Assembly (NCBI RefSeq): GCF_018977255.1
Contig: NW_024704742.1
Coordinates: forward strand, 95,172,001 to 95,236,000
DNA: 64,000 bases
Origin: Callorhinchus milii
Lineage: Eukaryota
Direction: 5' to 3'
A program made the translations under genes and the position numbers. The notes beneath the pieces are model-generated. The model was not told the origin of the DNA, ran no database searches, and saw only the letters and a program-made list of their open reading frames with translations. This document shows positions 36,461 to 48,270 of the stretch, piece by piece (the stretch's first letter is position 1; each line of letters begins with the position of its first letter).

Positions 36461-37750
36461 CAACAACAACATTACATTTATATAACGCATTTCATGTCAG
36501 GAGGGTGTCCCAAGGCACTGGACAGTCAGTGTTTCGGACCCGAGCTGGGGGTCGGGATTGGGGAGGGTGATTGAAAGTACGATCGAAGAGGAGGGTCTTG
36601 GGATGGGTTTTGAAGGTGGCAAGGGAGGGGGCGAGGTGGAGGGACTCCGGGATGGAGTTCCAGAAGATGGGGGCAGAGTGGGAGAAGGCCCACCCGCCAA
36701 TGGTGGGGCGGGCAAGGTGGGGGCTGTGAAGCAGGCCGGTGCCCACTGAGCGGAGGGAGCGGGCAGGATGGTAGGGGGTTAGGAGATCGCAAAGGTAGGG
36801 GAGAGCGAGGCCATGGAGTGCTTTGAAGGTGAGGACCAGAATCTTGAACTGTATCCTCTGTGATGGGAAGCCAGTGGAGTCGGGCGAGGATGGGCGTGAT
36901 AGGGTCATGGAGCCTGGTGCAGATGAGGACATGGGCTGCAGAGTTCTGGATGATCTGCAGCCTATGGAGGGAGGAGTCGGGAAAGCCGACAAGCAATGAG
37001 TTTGCATAGTCAAGCCTTTTTGTTATGAATGGGTGTATGAGGGTTTTGGAGGGCTACGGTGTGAGACAGTGGTGGAGCCGGGTGATGTTGCGGAGGTGGG
37101 GAAGGCAAAGCGGGTCATGACACGGCTGTGGGGTAGAAAGGACAGTTGAGGTTCAAACAAGACCCCCAAGGTTCTGGACTGGCTCAGCAAGGTTGACTGG
37201 CTCAACCATGGATGGTGATGCTGTCAGAGCCTGAGGTGAGGAGGTGCTGACGGGAGTCAATCAGGAGAGCCTCGGTCTTGTTGACTTTCGACTGAAGAAA
37301 GTTAGCTCTCATCCAGGACTTGATGTCTGACAGTCATTCTGACAGCACAGCAGTGGTCCTGGAGTCAAGGGTGGAGGCAGAGAGGTAGAGTTGGGTGTCA
37401 TCCACATACATGTGGAAGTTGACCCCATGTCTGCGGATGATGTCACCAAGAGGGAGCATATAGATACTGAAGAGGAGGGGACCAAGGACAGAGCCCTGAG
37501 GAATGCCGCACAAGATGGTGTGGGGGCTAGAGGAGAAGCTATTTGTGGAGATGAAGTGGAGCTGATGTGAGAGGTAGGATCTGAACCAGTCAAGAACAGA
37601 ACCATGAAGGTTGAGGTGAGAGGAGAGGCGGTGGATGAGGATAGAGTGATCAAGGGTGTGGAAGGCAGCAGAGAGGTCAAGAAGGATAAGGAGGCAGAGG
37701 GAGCCCTGGTCGCAGATGGACAGAATGTCATTTGTCACTTTGACCACGGC
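36461..37750 (-). mobile_element. L2 LINE fragment, RT to 3' tail
   Basis: LLDLSAAFHTLDH, GIPQGSVLGPLLF, HMYVDDTQLY, RIQFKILVLTFKALHG; same family as 7842-8940. Confidence 0.9.
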
Positions 37751-37826
37751 TGTTTGATACAGCGGTGGTATTTATAATTTGTTTTAATTTCCCTCCCTTT
37801 CAAGATTGATCAGAGGAGAAAAAAAA

Positions 37827-38163
37827 ATGGAATGTTTTCTGATGCCGAAAGAATCTGGAAAATTTATAACTGACAGAAGCAAAGATGTCCTTGTTTTAGA
37901 AGAAGGAGTGCGAAAAGTTGCTGAAATGCTATATGGAAAGATAAATTCGAAGGAATTTGATCCAACGGGTTGGAAGTCGCTTCATGAATTGAACCCACAA
38001 GTGATGAATGAGGATTCTATCAACTGGGTGTTTGTCGCAGATACCCTCAATTTTTCGTTTTGGTCTGAAAGCGAAGAGCACAAATGTTTGGTTAAGTACA
38101 AAGGCAAAATGCACAGTGGTTATTGGTCTCTCTGTGCTGCTATTAACCGAGCACTAGATGAAG
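37827..38163 (+). CDS. QNG1: QNG1 coding exon 1
   Basis: [10 protein letters not shown]...RALDEG; donor gtgagt; acceptor at about 37804. Confidence 0.92.
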
Positions 38164-41100
38164 GTGAGTTCCACTTACATTTCAGTTCTTTCATTACCTC
38201 TCGTGAGAGAAGTTTGAAATTCCTATGGTACAAGTTTCAAAGNTTTTTTTTCCCTCTCAATGCAATAATAAAGATAATCCTTGCATTTGATATAGCACCC
38301 TATCATGTTGTTGAGATGTCCCAAAATACATTCCATCCCAAAGCGCTTCACAGAATATACTGTAAAGTGAATTGACCGTATTTTGTGTGAATTGACTGTA
38401 TTTTGTGTGAATTGCTTGTATTTTATGGGTGAAACGCAGCAGCTAATTGCACACAACAGTGTCCCACAAACAGTCGTAGATTGACCAAATTATTTTTTGT
38501 GGGGGAGGGATGCTACAGGAATTATTCATTAAGTCCAGACAGGCAAATTAAGCATAACCTAGATACAGTAGTTAATTTTCTTGCATTTCATTGCAAACAT
38601 TAATCTGTTAATATTGCCAGCCTTGGGTTATTTCTGAAGCTTTACAAACATGAAGCATCTTGAAACTAAATATAAAAAATATCAGGGTGAAAATTATGAC
38701 GTGACCTGAATTTTTTCCCTCAGTATTTTTCCCTCTTGTTTTCTTTTTCTTCTTCTTACTTCCGCTCCTGAAGATGCTGACTATTAAAGTACAGTTCCAT
38801 GGGGTATGCTAGTGCCTTTCTCAAAAGTCTATGCTTTGAGAAAAGTTTGAGGCGAGATAATGAGTTGTGCGACTGTGAGAGGGAATCCCAGGTGATTCTG
38901 TGTTCATGAACTTCCTACTTTTCATGCACTGAGCTTGGTAATGTTCAGGATGGGAAACCTTGGCTGCTTTAAGATGTAGCTTTTCGACCATGTTTTTGGT
39001 CACTTTTCCTCTTTCTCCCCCACCACCTCCGGCATTCCCTCTCCCTTTCCACCCCTCCCCCTGAAAAAAAACTCAGGCTCCTAGTCAACAACAACTTGCA
39101 TTTATACAGCGCCCCTCACACAGGGTAGTGTCCCAGAACGCTTGACAGTGGCGGAGTGAACTGCCATGTAGATTTTGAAGCACTTTGAGTCATCCTCCCG
39201 ATGTGAAAGGCGCTACATAATTGTAAATTGTTATTGATTTCCTCTTACTAACTCAAGACATGCAAGTGCTCCTTTCTCCACACCATTGAAATATACTGAA
39301 ATGTCTGCACATACAAGTTGCATCAGCAAGCACCAGACAGCAATCAGGAGGTTAATCCCTATCTGATTTTTATATTCTCATGCTTAGGGTCACTCAGAAT
39401 AATTTTACAACAGTGCCATGGCTGAGGTTATCCTGAGTAGTTTGAGTCAGTAAACATTAATAGATTGATATCGTCTAAAAATATCCCAGGGAGAGATTAG
39501 GTAACTGGATCTTCCTGGTGCTGAACTAACTCTGGAGACATGCCTTGCAAATCCGGTCAGGTCTGTAATATGTAGTCTCATCACAGAGGTGGACCTGGTT
39601 TATATGGATGTTTCACAATCTATATTTCATGTAAGTTTCAAGGCAACAGTACAGGCACGTGGCTTGGCATTGGAATCTCTGATGCAATCCAAGCCCTTGA
39701 TTGAAACCATTCTTGTAATTGATTGAAAGTAATTTTATGTACTCTAAAATCATCATCGTGTTCAGTGTTTCATTTGTGCTGCTTGATTATTTACACGGTG
39801 CATAATCAATTTGTAGTGGTCAAAATAGAATATCAGAGAATAAACATTATGCCATTGCTCAGCTGTGGGCATAGAATAAATATGTCACAGAAAAGTTCTG
39901 ATGTTGCCCCCCTTCTGATTTATATATCCAATGACCTCTGCTGGAAAGGGCATGTGCATGTATGTTGATATCTGAGAAATACGTCCCATTCTTCATGCTC
40001 AGCTCATGCTCTTCCTGCCTTGTTTCACAGATGGCAGGTGCCTGTAGTTCCATATGCCCGAGTTAATATCTTCAGGAAAGCTTGGGAAGGAAAAATGTCA
40101 AAATATTTTGAAATGTGTCTTTCAATTTATCCAATCTGAGTAGCTTCCTTATTAGCTACTGCATAACAACTTTATTACATACACTCCTTTGAAGCTGAGA
40201 ATTGTTCTCAAAACAGATATTATACCTAGACATTATTTAAACTTCTGTATATTTTCAGCCTGATTCACTACAAATATTTTATTATTTTGATAGGCATTGC
40301 AATGTCACGCTTTTCTGTTTTAAAAGCAAAATATTAATCCTCTGGCATAACTTGCACAGAAGTCTTTACTACATGATGTTGAGGCAGCAATCTTTTCCTT
40401 TCTTGTATCTGCCTTTTAACATGCTGTTTCTGATAGTCTCTTCATATGAGCATCAATCATTTACTAAAAAAAATTGGATTTCAATCCAAGGGTTCAGTGA
40501 TGTCTCATACTTAATCATGTAACCCATTTCCTTAACTGCTGGATAGATTTTATTGCTCCTAAATTTAGTTTTATGATTGACACTATAAACAAACAACAAA
40601 ATTACATTTGTAAAGCGCCTTTCATGTCGGGAGGACATCCCAAGGTACTGAACAGTCAGGGATCAGGACCCGAGCATGGGGAAGGGCAGGGTTGGGATGA
40701 GGGAGGGCAGAAGGAGTAGGAGGGCGGCTAAAGGCACAGACAAAAAGGAGGGTCTTGAATCGTGCTTGAACGAGGCAAGGGAGGAAGCAAGGTGAAGGGA
40801 TTGTGGGATGAAGTTCTAAAGAGTGAAGGCAGAAAGGCTGAAGGTTCGAATGCTGATGATAGGGCGGATCAGGTGGGAGACCTGGAGCAGGCCGGTGCCT
40901 GCTGAACGGAGGGAGCGGACAGGTTGATAGGGGGTCAGCAGGTTACAGATGTAGGAGGGGGCAAGGTCATGGAGGGTCTTGAAAGTGAAGACAAGGATTT
41001 TGAATTCTATCCTCTGGGGGATGAGGAGCCAGTGGAGCCGGGCGAGGGTGGGGGTCATGGAGCCTGGTGCGGGAGAGGACATGAGCTGCAGAGTTCTGGA

Positions 41101-44100
41101 TGATCTGCAGCTTGTGGAGGGATGATTTGGGAGGCCGACAAGTAGGACGTTGGCATAGTTTCCGTAGTCTAGCCTTGAGGTGATGAATACGTGTATGAGG
41201 GTTTCATGTATAATAAACTATAATAAAATGTGTGTAGTGTACAATAAACTAACTATAGTGACATTTTAGTACCCTTCATTCAACCCTTCACTTTGATCTT
41301 ATTTTCCTAATTCAACATGGGTTCATATTCTTTGGTGTTTTTTTTTCTCTCTCTCTTGTCAAATTGAGGCATTCCAATCACCAGTGCATCATATTACTCC
41401 ACCATGACACTGGACCAGCTGAAGCATGTGCTACGCTCGGACACTGATATCCCAATGCCACTCATTGAAGAACGCCACAGAGTGCTTAAAGAGGCAGGGC
41501 ACATTTTGCTGGAGAAGTTTGATGGTTCATTCCTTAACTGTGTTAAGGAGAGTGGAAAGAGTGCCCAGAAGCTGCTGCAGCTTGTGGTGGAGAATTTTCC
41601 TTCTTATAAGGATGTAGCTACATTTGAGGCAAGTCTGCTTTAACTTCAATTTAATTTAATCTTGATTTGCTGTCTCAACTTAATTTTTGCCATATCGTTT
41701 AATCTTTCATTCTCCAGGATGGTGTTTTGTGTTAACTCTGTATTATTGGACTACAGCAATTGGACTACAGCTGCCGCCTGTGCGCAATTGGCTGCCGCGT
41801 TCGCCCACAAATATACAGTCAAATTCACTTTACAGTGTGTTCTGTGAAGCGCTTTGGGACGTCCTCCCGACGTAAAAAGCGCTATATCAAATGCAAGGAT
41901 TATTATTATTATTACAGCAGAACTCTAACCAACGTTATACCTGGCATGTTTGACATTGCGGAGTGAAGGAATTAAGTTTCCTTGAAGTGACATTGTTACT
42001 TAATTTCGTGAAAACTGAAGTGCTTATGATCATGTGTCCATTGAACTTTATTTTTCCTATCCCATGGTGGAGAAGATTGGTAGCAGAATTGTAACAACCA
42101 AAATAATACATATGATTTCACCAGAAGAAAGATCTGACAGATTATTGAAGGATCAATTTCAAGATACTAACTATAATGGATACCTTATATAAAATCTATA
42201 CAAACAATTTTGTTTCTTCTGCCATACAGGATAAGAAAATTGCATTTTACAAGAGAGCACAAATCCTTGTAGCGGACATCTGGGGCTTACTGGAAGGAAA
42301 AGGGGATGGTTCGTTCAATGACATAGGTAGTTTAACCATGTTTGCAGACTACAGAATCCCTCAGGCACTTGTCTCCTTGGGAGCCATGAAGTATTCAGAG
42401 GAACTAATGAAGAAATTAAAACACGGTAAGTACTCAGACTGCTTTGATACTCCGACATTTATATAGCCTGAAGAGAGAAAGGCGCATTGTCCATAAACAC
42501 TAGTCATTCCAATGAACTTGCTATTTTCGATTTAAACCAAATCTTATTGCTCCTATTTCTACATCACTATATATGAGTTTGACTTGCGAATAGATCTGAG
42601 ACAGAAAAAATACATCAGGACTGAAGTTCATAAGTCCTGGTGTGTTGTCATGTTGACTGACCTCGGGATTTCCCCTTTTTAATAATTGACTTTCTTTAAA
42701 TAGAAGAAATCTTAGAGTTCTAAGCCATCTCCAAAACCAAACCTGAATGTGGTGGTCTGCTCTGGCATTGTTTCTTGATAGCAAATGAGTTCAATTCCAA
42801 GCAGGGCGAAACCTTGGGCAAGTTTCCTTACTCCACACGCCTAATAATAATCCCTCCAAAAACCAAAACAATAATAAATTGATCAGTTTCAATCTACGAC
42901 TGTTTGTGGGACATTGCTGTGCGCAATTGGCTGCCGCGTTCGCCCACAAATATACAGTCAATTCACTTTACAGTGTGTTCTGTGAAGCGCTTTGGGATGT
43001 CCTCCCGACGTGAAAAGCGTTATATCAAATGCAAGGATTATTATTATTGTTGTACGTCTACAATGGCAAACAACAACAAATTACATTTATAGAAAGGATT
43101 CTCCTTGAAGCTGAGCTGGCTCCAAGTTGACATACTTGGCAACACAATAAGAGAAATCAAGCCAACACTCTGGGGTGGTCTCAGTCAAGTTCCTGAGCTA
43201 GGGGGACCTTGAGTTCTCCAGATCCCTGCTCATGACAGATCAGCTGCACTGAATTGTTGGCAGGACTCTGAGGAACAGGCCAGTCGCTGAAGGCAAGGAT
43301 TCCTCCACTGGACTTCTGTTAATTTTTCATGCCAAAGCCCTAATGGGTAGGGTGTTCCTAACTGACCAAGCAGCAGGAAGCTTGCAAGACAGTGCTCTTA
43401 ATGGAAAGCAATTTTAACTAGTTATATTTCACCCACAAATATACAGTCAATTCACTTTACAGTCTATTCTGTGAAGCGCTTTGAAACGTCTACAAGACGT
43501 GAAAAGCACTATATCAAATGCAAAGATTATTATTATTATTAAACTCCAGTAGCACGCCAGCACACTTCCTGGGGTCCCAAGTCCTTGGCTTTCCTGTGCC
43601 TAGTACTCTTCAGAACTAAGTACGTTGCATCCAGGGAGAAAGTGCGCATTCCATTCCAGACACTGAGAGCTTATTGGTCTGTATGGCTAAATACTTGCCA
43701 CCTGGAAAACTTGACACATATTTTAAGATGTTGTACAATAACATACAAAATCAAAAGTTAACTGTCAGTCCTGCTTTCTTTATTTAATTGCTGGTAATAT
43801 TCATTGCTTATATTTCTTTACTTCATTGGTTTGTCAGCCAGTTTGATTTGAGTTTTCTCCTGTCTGATCATGTTTGCAGTAATGTTATTTATTCACGCCA
43901 CAGGTGTGCTCTTCCAATCTGGGGAACGTCTGGAGGTAGAGATCCGAGGCTGCTCCATCTGGTGTGTGGAACTGATAAGGGATTACATGCTGCATCTTGG
44001 AGCACAAAAGGGGGATACGATTGAAAACCTCAATGCTGTTCTGATTGATTACTACCTGTGGGATTATGCGCGAGAGCACCGAAAAGATATGGCAAATATT

Positions 44101-44133
44101 CCCATCCATCGAGTACGCTGCATCTTCTATTAG
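37827..44133 (+). CDS. QNG1: Queuosine 5'-phosphate N-glycosylase/hydrolase (queuosine salvage protein, C9orf64), 4 coding exons, 340 aa
   Basis: Motifs [80 protein letters not shown]; exons total 1023 nt in frame; syntenic position. Confidence 0.96.
38270..38490 (-). mobile_element. Deu-type SINE 3' half with an internal tandem duplication
   Basis: Reverse-complement SINE tail and core; gtgaattgactgtattttgt repeated about three times. Confidence 0.75.
40590..41205 (-). mobile_element. L2 LINE 3' fragment
   Basis: [26 protein letters not shown]; (gtt)n tail. Confidence 0.85.
41369..41628 (+). CDS. QNG1: QNG1 coding exon 2 (GC donor)
   Basis: [12 protein letters not shown]...[11 protein letters not shown]; ends GAG|gcaagt. 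Confidence 0.9.
41770..41913 (+). mobile_element. Deu-type SINE 3' fragment
   Basis: Near-identical to the SINE 3' half. Confidence 0.85.
42230..42425 (+). CDS. QNG1: QNG1 coding exon 3
   Basis: [11 protein letters not shown]...KKLKHG; ag/gtaagt. Confidence 0.93.
42787..43048 (+). mobile_element. Deu-type SINE, 5'-truncated at the B box
   Basis: Near-identical to the consensus seen in the other copies. Confidence 0.87.
43904..44133 (+). CDS. QNG1: QNG1 coding exon 4
   Basis: [15 protein letters not shown]...CIFY*; AATAAA at about 44216, 44286 and 44371. Confidence 0.93.
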
Positions 44134-45079
44134 ACAACATGCTTTCTGAGAAATCTCTTTACTAAAAAGACCATTATTTTTAATTTGGCAATTATCACAA
44201 TCTGCAAACTCAATTTAATAAAATGAAGGATTTTTTTATAGATTAAAATTGTACTTTGGATCAAGCCTGGCAAATCTGTTATTTTAATAAAAGCATTCTA
44301 TGCAATAACAACAAAATTCTCAACTGCTTCTTTAGGTACCCCAAATTTCTTCTCCCATCCTGATTATCTCAATAAACTGAAATATGATAATATAATTTTG
44401 GTGAATATTTCAAACATTTCAAAATGTTTGACTATTTTTAATTATTTAGGGGGAAAAATGTTTAGAAAATTGACTTGTGTTCTACAAACCAGTTGATTTA
44501 TAATGACAATTCTATTCAATAGATGTATTTTGATTACATAAAACTATTTCTGATCATAAATGTAATCTGCTGACATTTTGGCTTGGGTGGTTTCTGCTGG
44601 ACAATATTATATTGAAGTGTGGACTCATGAGCACAAGTTCATATCCAGGCTTTCCGGCTAACCTAGTTGGTATGCAAAGGGCTGAACAACTATTGCTACA
44701 TCTCTGACTGACTAAGACAACAACTTGAATTTATACATCAGCTTTTACTGAGGAAAAAAAGTGTATCAGAACTTCTTCTGAGAGGATGAGGCTGCCAAAT
44801 ATTGCCAAATCTATTGCCAAATAGATTGCCAAGTAGGGTAGGGGATGAATTCAAGGGTGGGAAGAAAAGTCAAAATGAATAAGTGTTTTGAAGAGACTCT
44901 TGAAGGTGGGGAAGAGATGGATCAAAGTCAAAGCAGCAGGTAGAGAGTTCCAGAGTAGGGCCACAGTGGCTGAGAGATCAGAGGGACCCAGAAAGGAGGA
45001 AATTGCAGAGCAGAGAGTTGCGGTTAAAAGGGTTAAGTCCGGTTGCACGATCGGCTGGGCAATTGCAAAGCATTGAGTT

Positions 45080-46095
45080 TTCAGCTTTGAAAGTGACTGA
45101 TTGTCTTGTTGACTCTTATCGGTACCTTGGGGTCGTGATAGACACCAACTTCAGCCTGGACACTGTCCTGAAGAACCACACTGAGAAGGGGCCAAGGGCA
45201 CTCTGGTTGTGCTGATCCCTCTTCAAGGACAGCAAGTCCCAATGCGGATCAAGCTTGTGGCATACAAGCTGTGTGCAAACAGTCCTCCTTTACGGATCTG
45301 AGCTCCTGGAGATGGAGCGGAGAGGCTTCCTTCGACCCATTTCCAAGGTAAAGGATCAAGCAGTCACGTAAATTTGTGGCAAACACTGGAAGCAGCTGCA
45401 AGGAGGGAGGGCTCCGGCCTACACTGACCTGTCGCTAAGCACCCTGAAGGCCGATTCGGCTTCATAGCTGGTACGTCTATTTGCCGAGGCCCCTCACATG
45501 AGGCCCATAAGACCATAAGACGCAGGAGTAGGCCATTTGGCCCCTCGAGCCTGCCCCGCCATTTAATAAGATCATGACTGATCTTCTAACCTAATTCCAT
45601 TTACCCGCCCTGTCCCCATAACCCTTAATCCCTCTATCCTTTAGAATTGGACCACATCCTCACATGTGGACCTGGATCGAGCAGCTGGTGCTGAGTAAGC
45701 CTGGTTCGCAGTGTTGGAATTGGACCTCAAGAACATCAAGGTGGCTGGCATGTCACAAGCTGCTGCAAAGGTCTGCCCATCATGACGAATCAGCTGCTCG
45801 CCAGATAGCTGATGAGGAAACTGAGGCTTGGGCCGACGGCTGCTGGACGGCGTTACCCGGAGTCCGAGTTCGTGAACACGCGTTCGTACATCCAGCGCCT
45901 GGAGTCCACCCTCGGTTGGCCTGCAGTGCGGCAAGAGCTGCTGCTTAAACTCCACGCCTCCAATTGGTGGAACCGTCGCTCGGTGGGAATGGATATGTGC
46001 CCGAGCTGCGAACAGAAAAATAGATGGTGGCAACGCTCTCGCCCAATTAATGCTGAAATATGTTGCCCGCTGGGAAGCTGGCAGGGAGCTCCTTG
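45080..46095 (+). mobile_element. Degenerate non-LTR retrotransposon C-terminal region, interrupted by a CR1 3' tail (45510-45645, - strand)
   Basis: YRYLGVVID (RT end motif) and a later CPSC motif; GC-rich coding-like sequence with frameshifts. Confidence 0.5.
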
Positions 46096-46426
46096 TAATA
46101 ATAATAATAATAATAATCCTTGCATTTGATATAGCGCTTTTCACGTCGGGAGGACGTCCCAAAGCGCTTCACAGAACACACTATAAAGTGAATTGACTGT
46201 ATATTTGTGGGCGAACGCGGCAGCCAATTGCGCACAGCGATGTCCCACAAACAGTCGTAGATTGAAAATGACCAATTTATTATTGTTTTTTGTTTTTTTG
46301 GAGGGATTATTATTAGGCTCTGTGTGGAGTAAGGAAACTTGCCCAAGGTTTCGCCCTCTGCCTGGAATTGAACTCAGGTCTCTCGCTTGCAAAGCGAGTG
46401 CTCTAACCACTGAGCTACAGGACTCC
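46096..46426 (-). mobile_element. tRNA-derived Deu-type SINE, full length
   Basis: Reverse complement of the consensus. Confidence 0.9.
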
Positions 46427-46469
46427 AGGATGGTGTACCCCACCATCAAACCCGTGCTTGGCAGATGTT

Positions 46470-47030
46470 GAACGACCAGCGCAGGGGAGGGGGCGCTGTG
46501 GGCAGCTGTTTGCTGCTCACCTGCGTGGGGGCTCCTCTTGCCCCGAGCGCTTTGTTATATTCCGGGGCTGCGGGGAGACGCGACAATACCGTTTATAGCC
46601 CAAAGTCCACCAAACACCAGCCCAAAAGTAGCCCAATCTGACGCGTCGCCTCCCTGTGGGGCAGCGGCAGAGCGGACCGCGCCGCTCGGTGCTTTGGAAA
46701 CGGTGTAAGGAAAGGTGTTCCGAGAGAGAGAGCAAAGATTTGCAGCTTTAAATTAAAACGTTTAGAAAAATTAGCCTTTAACAGGAACAGCAACAAAAAC
46801 CGCCCGATTGGGCGTGATTCTGGCCACGTTGGTGGCGGCGGCGGTCGCCAGGCGACGGGAGAAACACCCGAGAGAGAGGGGAGAGAGGCCCGAGGGGGGG
46901 TCTGACACAGCCCAGCGGCCCCCAGCCAGGGCCAGGGCCAGGGCCAGGGCTCTGCCCCGCAACCAGCAACCAGCAACCACAGGCTGTCCGGGGGCCACAG
47001 GCAGGTCAGAGCGGGGCCCCGGGGGGGGGG
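46470..47030 (+). promoter_or_regulatory. CpG island, probable KIF27 promoter / exon 1
   Basis: CpG-rich; CCAAT at about 46633 and ATTGG at about 46808; about 4.5 kb upstream of the KIF27 ATG exon. Confidence 0.6.
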
Positions 47031-47970
47031 AGGGGGGCAGAGAGAGGTGGCTCTGGGGGGGGGGGGGGGCAGAGAGAGGTGGCTCTGGGGGGGGCAGAGA
47101 GAGGTGGCTCTGGGGGGGGAGGGGGGGGCGCAGAGAGAGGTGGCTCTGGGGGGGGGGGGGCAGAGAGAGGTGGCTCTGGGGGGGGCAGAGAGAGGTGGCT
47201 CTGGGGGGGGGGGGGCAGAGAGAGGTGGCTCTGGGGGGGGGGGAGAGAGGGGTGGGGGGGGGGGCAGAGAGAGGTGGCTCTGGGGGGGGCAGAGAGAGGT
47301 GGCTCTGGGGGGGGGGCAGAGAGAGGTGGCTCTGGGGGGGGGCAGAGAGAGGTGGCTCTGGGGGGGCAGAGAGAGGTGGCTCTGGGGGGGGCAGAGAGAG
47401 ATGGCTCTGGGGGGGGGGGCAGAGAGAGGTGGCTCTGGGGGGGGGGGGCAGAGAGAGGTGGCTCCTGGGGGGGGGGGCAGAGAGAGGTGGCTCTGGGGGG
47501 GGGGGGCAGAGAGAGATGGCTCTGGGGGGGGTAGAGAGAGGTGGCTCTGGGGGGGGGCAGAGAGAGGTGGCTCTGGGGGGGGGGGGCAGAGAGAGGTGGC
47601 TCTGGGGGGGGGGGGGGCAGAGAGAGGTGGCTCTGGGGGGGGGGGCAGAGAGAGGTGGCTCTGGGGGGGGGGGGCAGAGAGAGGTGGCTCTGGGGGGGGG
47701 GCAGAGAGAGGTGGCTCTGGGGGGGGGGAGGGGGGGGGGGGGGCAGAGAGAGATGGCTCGGGGGGGGGGGGGGGCAGAGAGAGGTGGCTCTGGGGGGGGG
47801 CAGAGAGAGGTGGCTCTGGGGGGGCAGAGAGAGGTGGCTCTGGGGGGGGGCAGAGAGAGGTGGCTCTGGGGGGGGGGCAGAGAGAGGTGGCTCTGGGGGG
47901 GGGGGGGGGCAGAGAGAGGTGGCTCTGGGGGGGGGGGGTGGCAGAGAGAGATGGCTCTGGGGGAGGGGGA
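47028..47970. repeat. G-rich minisatellite (cagagagaggtggctct + poly-G), roughly 30-35 units
   Basis: Directly visible; G-run length varies between units. Confidence 0.97.
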
Positions 47971-48067
47971 ACCATATTTTGTAAACCAAATTGGGACGCA
48001 CACATATATTATATAGACTCACACTCAGAATCAGAAGTCCTTACTCATAGAGTTTTTAATTATATAT

Positions 48068-48270
48068 AATAATACTAATCCTTGCATTTGATATAGCGCC
48101 TTATCACGTCTTCGAGGCGTCACAAAGCGCTTCACAGAATATACTGTAAAGTGAGTTGTTGTATGTTTTGTGGGCAAAACGCGGCAGCCAATTGTACACA
48201 GCAGTGTCCCACAAACAGTCGTGGATTGAGTGACCATATTATTGTTATTATTTCAAGGGAATATTATCCC
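48068..48270 (-). mobile_element. Deu-type SINE 3' half
   Basis: Reverse-complement tail and core. Confidence 0.8.

Noticed and set aside
42460..42570. Possible second hammerhead-like remnant (cctgaagag...)
   Set aside because: No convincing stem II or GAAA box.
47028..47970. CRISPR-like repeat-spacer appearance
   Set aside because: The spacers are only poly-G, the context is eukaryotic and there are no cas genes.
46593..48069. Long Pro-rich or Gly-rich ORFs (338-470 aa) in several frames
   Set aside because: Artefacts of the stop-free G-rich minisatellite; open on both strands.
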